Shown here piece by piece: positions 25,833 through 36,059 of a DNA stretch of 64,000 nucleotides (positions are counted from its first letter, which is position 1; every line of letters starts with the position of its first letter). The translations under genes and the position numbers were made by a program. The stretch is from assembly GCF_006345805.1 (NCBI RefSeq), contig NC_043010.1, positions 38,192,001 to 38,256,000 on the forward strand. The letters run 5' to 3'. Origin of the DNA: Octopus sinensis (taxonomy: Eukaryota). The notes under the pieces were generated by a model. It worked only from the letters and a program-made list of their open reading frames with translations, had not been told where the DNA came from and made no database searches.

Positions 25833-26519
25833 TATTCAAATTTTTGTGCTTGTATTTTGTCTATCTGTCTTATCTCATGGTGCGACACGAACCCTTAACG
25901 TGGTTTTTATAGTCAGAGTTTCGAACTGCCTTATTTCGGCATATTGATGTCTCTTAGACACCCTCATTTTTAATTGTTAAAAATTATTACCTTTGTACGG
26001 TATTTTTCCCATGCTGGCCACTAGATAATATGGATACTTAAATATCGATATTATCCTCATATATAAATATATATAATTCGTTATTATTTTCACTGCGTTT
26101 TATTTTAACCGTGTCGTACTTTGGGATGATCCGGCGGGTAATTTAACTGGCCGCGTGCATATGTATTTATGTATGACGTTCGTATATGTAAGTATATCGT
26201 TTGTTCTGCATGTATATATCTGTATTTTGTACTCTTGATATATCAACGATGACGGTAAAGCTTATTTAAGCAAAACCAGAATCCTGGATCTTGAATTATT
26301 CAATAATTTTTGCTTGTATATTTTGTCTATCTGTCTTATCTCATGGTGCGACACGAACCCTTAACGTGGTTTTTATAGTCAGAGTTTCGACTGCTATTTC
26401 GCATATTGATGTCTCTTAGACACCCTCATTTTTAATTGTTAAAAATTATTACTTTGTACGGTATTTTTCCCATGCTGGCCACTAGATAATATGGATACTT
26501 AAATATCGATATTATCCTC

Positions 26520-26591
<72 letters not shown>

Positions 26592-26886
26592 ATAATATAT
26601 ATAATATATATATAGTACGTTTATATATTTGTTGTGCAAAATTTTTTTATGTGAAGTTTGTGTTGAAACAGATATTATTATATTTCGGAATGGTCATTTT
26701 GCCAGTTTAGCCAATAAAAACACACGCACTATATATTTGGTGTTACTTTGCTTCAGTGTTATTTATTTTTTACATTAATCTTAATCTTATTTCGGCCAGA
26801 GTTCTTTCGTCACACTCCTGTGACCGCATCAGTGGTCTTTTGTTTTCTTCTTTCTTATTTGTGTCTCTCCTTACCTACCGTCAGCC

Positions 26887-26925
<39 letters not shown>

Positions 26926-27062
26926 AAACTATTAGATTCGACCCCTTGTTACTTAAAGTTTCGTAGGTTGGTTACTGGAACACACACACACTTAAATGTG
27001 TGTGTGTGTGTGTGTGTGTGTTTATATGTTAGAAAGATAGAGACATGAAGAAATAGACAGAC

Positions 27063-27166
<104 letters not shown>

Positions 27167-27169
27167 TGT

Positions 27170-27741
27170 CTCTTCACAACCTTCACAGAATTTTGCCGAT
27201 ACATTTTGAATTGAATTCTGCTTTCAGTTCAGAGACTTTTTTGGTCTTGTACCGCGATCAAAGATCTTCTTCTGTTCCTTTTCTTAGTCTCATCTTTAAA
27301 AACTTGTTCTTCTTCTCAGCCAGCGGTGAAGATTTAAAAAAAAAAAGAAGAAAAAAAATTTCTTCTCCATTTTTTCTTTCTTTTTCTGATTTCTTTCTCT
27401 GCTCCTGTTTTCTTCAGTCTTGTCAGGTATTTGCCATGTAGTGACTATTCTGACCATTATCTTAGAATGACATTTAGCTATCCAATTTTCTGTGGGTTTA
27501 TTTAGTTATTTATTTATTTTTCTTCGGTACTTTCTGTTGCAGTTTCACCTTTCTCCTCGCATCTGTCTGCTATCTCAACCTCTGTTTTATATTTGTTGCT
27601 TTCCTTGAAGGCAAGAAAATCAGTTTTCTTTTATTTTCTTCCTATTTATTTTATTATTTATTCATCTATTTATTTATTTATTTATTTATTGCTTTTCGCT
27701 TTGCACATGTTTTTCTAGCGATTTGCATTAGTTTTCTCCCT

Positions 27742-27776
<35 letters not shown>

Positions 27777-28020
27777 TTTCATTAGATAAATCACCTGTCT
27801 GATTTTCCAGTTCGGTCTTGTTGAATTGCTGTTTTTCATTTTGTCTTTTTTTTTTCTATCTTTTTCTTTTACTCTTTCCTTCTTTTTTCCTTTCTTTTTC
27901 TTTTTTATTTTCTTTTTTTTATTTTGTGCATCATTCCAGTCCAAAGAAGATTTTAATATCTTTTCCAGCAAATAATTTTAGGTTATCCATGAATAGAAGA
28001 TAATGGATAAATCTGGTTCT
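27170..28020 (-). pseudogene. Highly decayed R4/Dong-like non-LTR retrotransposon RT and C-terminal fragments
   Basis: Minus-strand pieces YLLFMDNLKLFAG (HLL(Y/F)MDDLKL-like), SLHGKY, LRKGTEE/LIAVQDQ, FCEGCEET; interrupted by A-rich and (ATTT)n tracts. Confidence 0.5.
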
Positions 28021-28034
28021 TTCTCTCTTTTCGG

Positions 28035-28437
28035 TAAAATTCTCCAAATTGGCTTCAGTGGAATTTCTTCCGGTTCTTTACCTTCAGAGTTCAAATTCCG
28101 ACGAGTTTCACATTGGCTTTTTTTTTTCAACATTTCGGGGTCGATGAAATAATCACCAGTTGTGCATTGGGATCGATGTAATCGAATAGACCCCCACCCC
28201 ACCCCCGCCAAGAAAAAAATTTCAGGTCTCGAACCTATAGAAGGGATTGCTGTTATTATTATTAAGGCGGCGATCGTCAGTCTCTACGTCCTGAGTTCAA
28301 ATTCCGCCGAAGTCGACTTTGCCTTTCATCCTTTCGGGGTTGATAAATTAAGTACCAGTCAAATTCTGGGGTCGACGTAATCGACTAGTCCCCTCACCAC
28401 CCACTAAATTTCATGCCTTGTGCTTATAGTAGAAAGG
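28035..28437 (+). mobile_element. Two SINE family B copies in tandem
   Basis: GAGTTCAAATTCCG...GGGGTCGATGAAATAATCACCAG and GGCGGCGA...GTAGAAAGG. Confidence 0.8.
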
Positions 28438-28524
28438 ATTATTATTATTATTATTATTATTATATATTATTATTATTTATTATTATTATATTATTATATT
28501 ATTATTATTATATTATTATATTAC

Positions 28525-28604
<80 letters not shown>

Positions 28605-28628
28605 TACTATTATTATTATTATTATTAC

Positions 28629-28678
<50 letters not shown>
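28438..28678. repeat. (TAT)n tract, about 240 bp
   Basis: Direct. Confidence 0.95.
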
Positions 28679-28679
<1 letters not shown>

Positions 28680-29680
28680 AGCCTCTCGGATAGTTCTTAT
28701 TACTGGTTATTCTTTACTTAAAAGCAGGCAATAACAAATCAACAAAGGTTTCAAGTAGTGCATTCTCCTGTGACTCAAAGACGTACTCTCCTTAGAATGC
28801 GAGCTGTACCTGTACACCTTGGCTCCTTCAGGTTATGCTGACTTTTACCTTTGGCTTTCAAACCTAACTTCCAGGCTATAAAGATCGAGATTGCATTTAT
28901 CAGATTGTTGGTGTCCGTGATGTCAGTCCTGACATCACCAATTATATCATTTATCTTCCTGACCCATTCACTGAGTTTCTTTCTGTCTACTTTTTTAAAC
29001 CCCGTATAAAAGTTCTGTTCACCAGAAGTCTAAATATCAATGATTTCATTTAAAATGGATATTTGCTCCTCGGTTCTCTCATCGCTTTCCTGATCAATAG
29101 GCTTAGCCTCATGCTCGTTTTCTTCCTTTAACTCCACTGCCATAGTTTCACTATTTACATTCTCTTCCTCATCCTTCCGTTCACCGCTAGTCTTGCTATC
29201 CCTAAGCGCCCATCTCTTAATGCTTTCTAGTTCAACTGGAGATAACCATTCATTCTTTCTGATGGCTCAAGCTTGGTCACACAGATTTTGTTCACTTATT
29301 TCAAATAGGCCTCTGTCCCTCCATGCCCTGTGCATTCTTTTCCTATATCCCTTCGCGGGTACTTCATTATCATTTCTCGGATTACCCAGAAAGTAGCACT
29401 CCATTACAACCACATTCACTTCTTTCGCCCACATTCTTTTAACAGTTGCTTGATGACGACTGGGCCCACGCTGCACGCCTGTGGGGCACTCGCCGAACGA
29501 GAGACCTTCACAAGGTGTTCCAGCCTCATTCACGCCGTTCTCATTTCTATTTTTATTTGTTATTTCAGCACACATAATAGGGGATAGTGAATTTTAGGTT
29601 GCACAACCACCATTATTATTATTGGCCCGAAATGTCCAATCGCATTCCTTTTACTTGGGTTCTTCTGGCATAGTGTTGTT
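28680..29680 (-). pseudogene. R4/Dong-like non-LTR retrotransposon 5' fragment
   Basis: ORF 29267-29575: WAKEVNVVVMECYFLGNP...KGYRKRMHRAWRDRGLFEISEQNLCDQA, then IRKNEWLSPVELE, which I recognise as the N-terminal motif of R4/Dong-clade ORFs; (TAA)n on both sides. Confidence 0.65.
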
Positions 29681-29684
29681 CTTC

Positions 29685-29730
<46 letters not shown>

Positions 29731-29734
29731 TGAA

Positions 29735-29905
29735 GTTACGTTGTGAGTTCAAATTCCGCCGAGGTTGACTTTGCCTTTCATCCTTTCGGGGTCGATAAAT
29801 TAAGTACCAGTTACGCACTGGGGGTCGATGTAATCGACTTAATACCTGTCTGTCCTTGTTTGTCCCCTCGAGGTCTAGCCCCTTGTGGGTAATAAAGAAA
29901 TAATA
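29735..29905 (+). mobile_element. 5'-truncated SINE B' within (ATT)n/(AAT)n
   Basis: B centre plus tail GGTCTAGCCCCTTGTGGGTAATAAAGAAATAATAATAA. Confidence 0.8.
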
Positions 29906-29911
29906 ATAATA

Positions 29912-29946
<35 letters not shown>

Positions 29947-30479
29947 CATCATCATCATCATCATCGTCGTCATCGTCATCGTCATCATCATCATCATTAT
30001 TATTATTGAGTACCATCAAAATGACACAGGGGTACAATTATACGAATAATTATACAATTATACGAAAATCGTCATCTACAAATTGTTCATATCCATCTAC
30101 AACGTCATCAACCGGTAGAAAGGCAAAAGTAACAAAACACCGCATTTTTAGACTAAAACTGTCGTCTTCGAGATATCTGCATTTTAGTCCTTCTAGCACG
30201 ACATGCTTGCACACATTTTATCCTAAATGAAACAAGCAGCATGTCAAATTCAACCCAAGAAACGATTCCAGAAATCCGTTATGGGCTGCTTTTTCGAAAT
30301 CTATACTTATATTATCAGGTTCCTTATTCTGCATAAATTCGTTTATTTTGACAGAAAGTCAACTTTATGTGTCTTGACTTTTGTCAGAGAGCAATGCGAA
30401 CAATCGTGAAGCATTATGAATATGAAGTATATATAACTGAAAAGATACACTAGAACCGGTCTTAAATGTTTCATCTGCT

Positions 30480-31065
30480 ACCCAGTTCTTAGTATTCGTT
30501 TTGAATCTTCCATCCCGCTGTCATACTGTAAAAACGTTTCATCATTGTCAAGGTTGGAATATTCACTTGGAATAGAAAACCCAACATTTGTGAGTGGGGT
30601 GGCAGGACAGTTGGAACAACTTGCCGCCAACGTCTAATATTCCTATTAAGCTGTGCAAACGGAGGTATTAGCAACAATGTACAGTCATCTAAATTCTAAA
30701 CTTCACTAGCGATAATTGAGCGAAGAGCATCATGAGATGAAATAGACTTTACTTTAATATTTGAATCTATTATTCTTGCATTTACCTCTGCAGCAGTTGA
30801 AGCGTGATTATGGATCCTAATCTTCGTAAGATCTTTATAATTTTCATCTGTATGAAGTCTCGCCTTGCACACACGATTTTCGCACCTCCAGTATATCTGC
30901 TTATTTTTCGTGCATATATAATTTTCTTGATCGACCACTTTGATTTTTCCTTTTTCTGAAGTTATGATCTTGCAGGTAGTCATGTTGATGGGTAGGCGTA
31001 TTGAATAAATTTAATTCGATTTGCTTGAAAATCTTTGTTCGTAAACTGTTCAGCGCAGATACTTA

Positions 31066-31129
<64 letters not shown>

Positions 31130-31383
31130 GAGAGAGAGAGAGAGAGAGCGGCGGGGTGGAGGGTTAAAGAAAGGGGAAAAAATATCTAAAACTGTCCAAC
31201 GGCAATTTTAATTCTAAAGGGATTGCTCTAAACTTGCCCTCGGAAATTACGTTTACGAGTATTTTGAAAGGAATTGGCCAGCGACGAATTGACGTGGGGA
31301 TGAATTGATCAACGACGAATTGACCGGGGACAAATTAACCGACGGCAAAATAACCGGGGACAAATTGTCCTAGCACCGAATTA
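30480..31383 (-). mobile_element. Mutator-like (MULE) transposon 5' relic: FLYWCH domain and start of the transposase
   Basis: ORF 30696-30983 SEKGK...NYI...IYWRCENRVCKARLHT...HNH (FLYWCH); downstream NDETFLQYDSGMEDSKRIL; ~15-bp subterminal repeats GACGAATTGACCGGG at 31283-31375. Confidence 0.7.
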
Positions 31384-31966
31384 AACAACCCCCCCTTGTA
31401 AGTAACCCAGATCAATGACGTTAGATTCTTCTTGTATACTTAATTACTTACGCATCGTCCAATACCATCTTACTCCTTCAAGTAAATGGGTATATTAACA
31501 TATGAGTTTCATGTGCTGTAGTTTTATTTTCCAAGCTTTGATGTATGGTCTGTTAAAAGAAGACACTCGAACCCAAAGTGCCACGCACTGGGACTGAACC
31601 CGGTACCATGTGGTTGGAGAAGCAAACTTCTAACGTCACAGCCATTCGTCCATAACGTCTGTGAACATGACCAGATTAGCAGTTTTACTCATTTTAGTCT
31701 AGAAATGGCTTATTAGGCAAATATTGGCATAAAACCAAAGGTTATGGTGGGTCCATCTAATGGCAGAACCAAGACCCAGTGTGACTCTCGCATTCCGTGC
31801 AACCATTTTCCTTGTCTGATTCTGAGTGCTGTGCTCCATAGTACACGGCACTGCCCTACGGTGAGCGATCTTGAGCAAGATGTACCCAGGTAAACTGTTT
31901 CAAGTTACTATTACATGGTCGTCTTAAAAGTGTATCTGTATCTCCTCTTATTTATACGTATACATA

Positions 31967-32145
31967 GGCGTAGGAGTGGCTGTGTGGTAAGTAGCTTGCT
32001 TACCAACCACATGGTTCTGGGTTCAGTCCCGCTGCGTGACACCTTGGGCAAGTGTCTTCTACTATAGCCTCGAGCCGACCAAAGCCTTGTGAGTGGATTT
32101 GGTAGACGGAAACTGAAAGAAGCCCGTCGTATATATGTATATGTG

Positions 32146-32214
<69 letters not shown>

Positions 32215-32421
32215 TTGTGGCTGTGTTTGTCCCCCCCAACATCGCTTGACAACCGATGCTGGTGTGTTTACGTCGCCGTCACTTAGCGGTTCGGCTAAAG
32301 AGACCGTTAGAATAAGTACTAGGCTTACAAAGAATAAGTCCTGGGGTCGATTTACTCGTCTAAAGGCGGTGCTCCAGCATGACCACAGTCAAATGACTGA
32401 AACAAGTAAAAGAGTAAAAGA
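31967..32421 (+). mobile_element. SINE family A, full length
   Basis: A-box-like TGGCTGTGTGG, B-box-like GGTTCAGTCCC, internal (GT)n, (AAGAGTA)n tail. Confidence 0.92.
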
Positions 32422-32499
32422 GATATCACGTGATCACGTGACCGACCAGGCTGGTCACAATGTGCATTTGCATTGTTTTAGCCTTCAAATGACGCCATG

Positions 32500-32676
32500 T
32501 CGCTAGCTAAGCGAGCAGGCCAACATTCCTTCTCCCTCCACTAGCCTGGTCGAAAGGGGAACTCGGGCAACGTGAAATGAAGTGTTTTGCTCAATAACAC
32601 AACGCACCGCCCAGTCAGGGAATCAAACTCACGGTCTGGCGACCGTGAGTGTAACAGCCTAACCACTAGGCCACGC
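32500..32676 (-). mobile_element. SINE with a family C-like head, partial
   Basis: Reverse complement GCGTGGCCTAGTGGTTAGG...GAGTTTGATTCCC...GAGCAAAACACTTCATTTCACGTTGC. Confidence 0.65.
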
Positions 32677-33045
32677 AAAAAATATAATGCAAAAAATACA
32701 CAGCGGCAATATGAATAACCTCATTGACCGCACGCACTGTTATGAGGTGCAGAACCTCGTCAGTGCTTATTGACGTCATTCAAACCAAAACGGTGCTTGG
32801 GGCTGGCGAAGTCATATATACTACTCAGTGTGTTTCTTTTTGTTTGTTCGGGTTGACTCGGAGAGAGATTGTGTTTTTAGGATTTTCTGGTTGTAATGTT
32901 CTGGGAGTGCCGTTTATGCGTGTCTGTGTATTGTTCAGAGACCTATCTAGAGGTAAGCTGTCCAGAGGTAAGTTTTCATTTAGTGACAAGGGTAATCAGG
33001 GTTTAACTTTTGCTGCGATAACAAACTGTGTTTCACATAGCCAGG

Positions 33046-33290
33046 TGTTGTGGGAGGATTCCGACCACGCCGCGAGTGACTAAAAGTGGACTGACACATT
33101 GCTATAATATAAGGAACAGACAGCAGTTCAGGGGTGAGCTACTGATTAGAAGCAGTTCACTGTGAGCCGTTGATTCAGAGCGTTGACTCAGAGCCGTTGA
33201 CTCAGAGCGTTTAAGCTCGTATAACAGTAATCGTAGTGCGTCGTGTTAATACTTTCCTTCCCTCTGCTTCGCTAAATTATTTATCCAAGA
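33046..33290 (+). mobile_element. Possible solo LTR
   Basis: Begins TGTTG, ends CAAGA (CAACA expected), CCAGG on both sides (33041-45, 33291-95), TATA-like TATAATATAAGG, internal ~14-bp tandem repeats. Confidence 0.4.
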
Positions 33291-33696
33291 CCAGGATGTA
33301 AAACCAGGTGACTTTTCATTTTTGTTTTCTTTTTTTAGTATTTCTGTTTCGTTATGTCTGTGTGTGAGTGGTCTGTGTACAACTAGTGATGATACGCAGT
33401 GCAGCATTCCTTTGTGTTTCTTTTCTTTTCTTTTTGGGACAGAATGATAACCGAACATGAGTGGTTTAATCCAAATGGATTTAATATCTTTGTCTTACAC
33501 ATTATTGTCTATTTGTTGACCAGATGTGACACTGTAAGTACTTTGAATATGTTTGTGTGTCGTTTTGTTTTCTTTACTTTGCTTTCTCGGTGTGCTGTGA
33601 ATGGTGCAGATATGTTTATGTAACCCCCTAGTAAATTTATCATCTGTACCACACGTACACATTTTATGCGACTAAGTGTGATTGTTGGTTATATCT

Positions 33697-33892
33697 AAGG
33701 CGGTGAACTGGCAGAATCGTTAGCACGCCGGGCGAAATACTTAGCGGTATTTCGTCTGCCGCTACGTTCTGAGGGCAAATTCCGCCGAGGTCGACTTTGC
33801 CTTTCATCCTTTCGGGGCCTATAAATTAAGTACTAGCCGTCGACTAGTCCCCTCCCCATAAATTTCAGGCCCTGTGCCTCTAGTAGAAAGGA
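33697..33892 (+). mobile_element. SINE family B, full length with ordinary tail and an unoccupied TTAGCGGTATTTCG site
   Basis: GGCGGTGAACTGGCAGAATCGTTAGC...GGCCCTGTGCCTCTAGTAGAAAGG. Confidence 0.9.
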
Positions 33893-34572
33893 TATTTGAC
33901 GCTCAATTTGCAATGTTGTAAAATGGGGGTTCGTGGATATTTAATAGGTGCTTTTATATAAATCTAATAAATGATAATGCGCACGGAATACAATGATGTA
34001 CATATTCAATCTTAATACATTCCGGCAGATTCGAACGTGAATTTGCTGATCGCTGTTGTTTGTTTATCTACGGAAAAACGACTTTTCCTTTCAAACAATC
34101 ATCTTTCACCAAACTCTCAATCATTGAGGTAAGGGGAATTTGAAGCATCGTGGTGTTTTGACCTTGTTACATCTCTTCAGTCAAAGCTATTCCCGGCTCA
34201 ATAATGCTAAACAAAATCTATGGCTTTCGTTTATAGAGATCAACAAACAAGCTGTTTTCTGATGCGTGCTGATGTCTCTTTAATTTCATTGATCCAGGTG
34301 TAGCTTTTACTGAAGAGACACAACCATGGCAAAATACCGCAGTGTCTCAAAGTTCCCTTTACCTCAATGAATTGAGTGTGCTGTGAACATCTATTGTCTG
34401 AAAGGAAAAGCAAACGAAATACAACAGCGATTAGCATGTTCCCATTCGAATCTGTCAGAATGTATTAAGAATGATTATGTATGTCATTATTCTGCGTATG
34501 TTGTTGTGAAGCTTGGTTTCTTGGTGATATAAGTAGGATAGGAGTAAGTTATGCAACAGTATCTGTAATCGT

Positions 34573-34985
34573 GGCGGCGAGGAGGCAGAAACGTTAGCAC
34601 GCCGGGCGAAATGCGTAGCCGTATTTCGTCTGCCGTTACATTCTGAGTCAAATTCCGCCGAGGTTGACTCTGCTTTTCATCCTTTCGGGGTCGATAAATT
34701 AAGTACCAGTTACGTACTGGGGTCGATGTAATAGACTTAATCTGTTTGTCTGTCCTTGTTTGTCCCTTCTGTGTTTAGCCTCTTGTGGGTAGTAAAGAAA
34801 TAAGTATTTCGTCTGCCGTTACGTTCTGAATTCAAATTCCGCCGAGGTCGACTCTGCCTTTCATCCTTTCGGGGTCGATAAATTAAGTACCAGTTACGCA
34901 CTGGGGTCGATATAATCAACTTAACCCTTTATATGTCATTGTTTCTCCCTTCTATGTTTAGCCCCTTGTGGGTAATAAAGAAATA
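34573..34985 (+). mobile_element. SINE B' dimer (B' joined at (A/G)GTATTTCG to a headless B')
   Basis: Junction GTAAAGAAATA|AGTATTTCG at 34803; ~43-bp direct repeat flanks at 34531-34574 and 34988-35030. Confidence 0.85.
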
Positions 34986-35034
34986 AGAAGTAGGATATGA
35001 GTAGTTATGCAGCAGTATCTGTAATCGTGGAAGC

Positions 35035-35209
35035 GTGCGGCTTTCCTTTGCAGCCCCACGATTGCTTGCTTACGAACCACATGATTCCGGGTTCAGTCCC
35101 ATGGCGTGGCATCTTGGGCAAGTGTCTTCTACTATAGCCTCGGACCGACCAAAGCCTTGTGAGTGGATTTGGTAGACGGAAACTGAAAAAAGCCCGTCCT
35201 ATATATGTA

Positions 35210-35253
<44 letters not shown>

Positions 35254-35460
35254 GTGTGTGTGTGTGTGATTATGTTTGTGTGACTGTGTTTGTCCCCCCA
35301 ACATTGCTTGACAACCGATGCTGGTGTCAGTAAAAGAGACTGATAGAAAAAGTACTAGGCTTACAAAGAATAAGTCCTGGGGTCGATTTACTCGACTAAA
35401 AGCGGTGCTCCAGCATGGCCGCAGTCAAATGACTGAAACAAGTAAAAGAGTAAAGAGTAA
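35035..35460 (+). mobile_element. SINE family A, internally deleted
   Basis: AACCACATGATTCCGGGTTCAGTCCC...GACTGAAACAAGTAAAAGAG. Confidence 0.85.
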
Positions 35461-36059
35461 AAAAAGAGTAATTTTGTATGTAAGCGGAAAACAAAGGCGA
35501 AAGTCGAAGCTTTGGTGATGTCAGTGGTTGTTAGAATGATACGTGTAGTAGGCGTCTTTTATTGTTGAAACTGTCATGTAATCTCTATGTTAGGTTTTGT
35601 GTGTAGTTTAGTGGTCGAACGTAATTGATTTGAATCTGTATTTTATTTGGAGAGGGGAAAGGTGTAGTGAGCTAATGATGTCAAGGATACCAGCCGTTCT
35701 AAAATTGTTGGGTGTCGTACATAGGTGAGTGATGTGTTTGCATGATGTCATTTCAACCGGATTTTTGTTGGACTTTATAGGTTGACATGCAAAACCCCAA
35801 TCATCGGCATTTTGTGACCACCTCAAATTCTCACATATTATTTAGAAATATAATAATTATCATCCCTCAAAATCGACAAGCGTAAAAGCTGCACATTTTA
35901 TTCGAAATTGAGAAAATGTTGGAAAAATAAGTAACTTTCCAGAATAACCGTAAACCAACCAGCATGGTCGTTTAATTTGCGTTTTGGAAGATGATTCCTG
36001 TGTCGACCTATCATGTGCCTTGTTGCATTCACCGCTGTTCACAGCACAAGATGGCGGTG

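Larger units (their letters stand above)
24455..26525. repeat. Array of a ~460-475-bp monomer: 2 tandem copies, inversion at about 25403, then about 2.4 inverted copies; one hammerhead motif per full monomer (retrozyme/pLTR-like)
   Basis: GAGGGTGTC at 24465 and 24939; reverse-complement CCCTC at 25497, 25961 and 26423; (TA)n on both flanks. Confidence 0.9.

Noticed and set aside
25621-25839. 72-aa ORF within the hammerhead monomer as a coded protein
   Set aside because: Not open in the other copies and has no motif; the monomer is treated as non-coding
31967-32035. tRNA genes suggested by A/B boxes and cloverleaf-like heads (also 1055, 9690, 33697, 45062)
   Set aside because: No acceptor-stem closure; they continue into SINE bodies repeated many times
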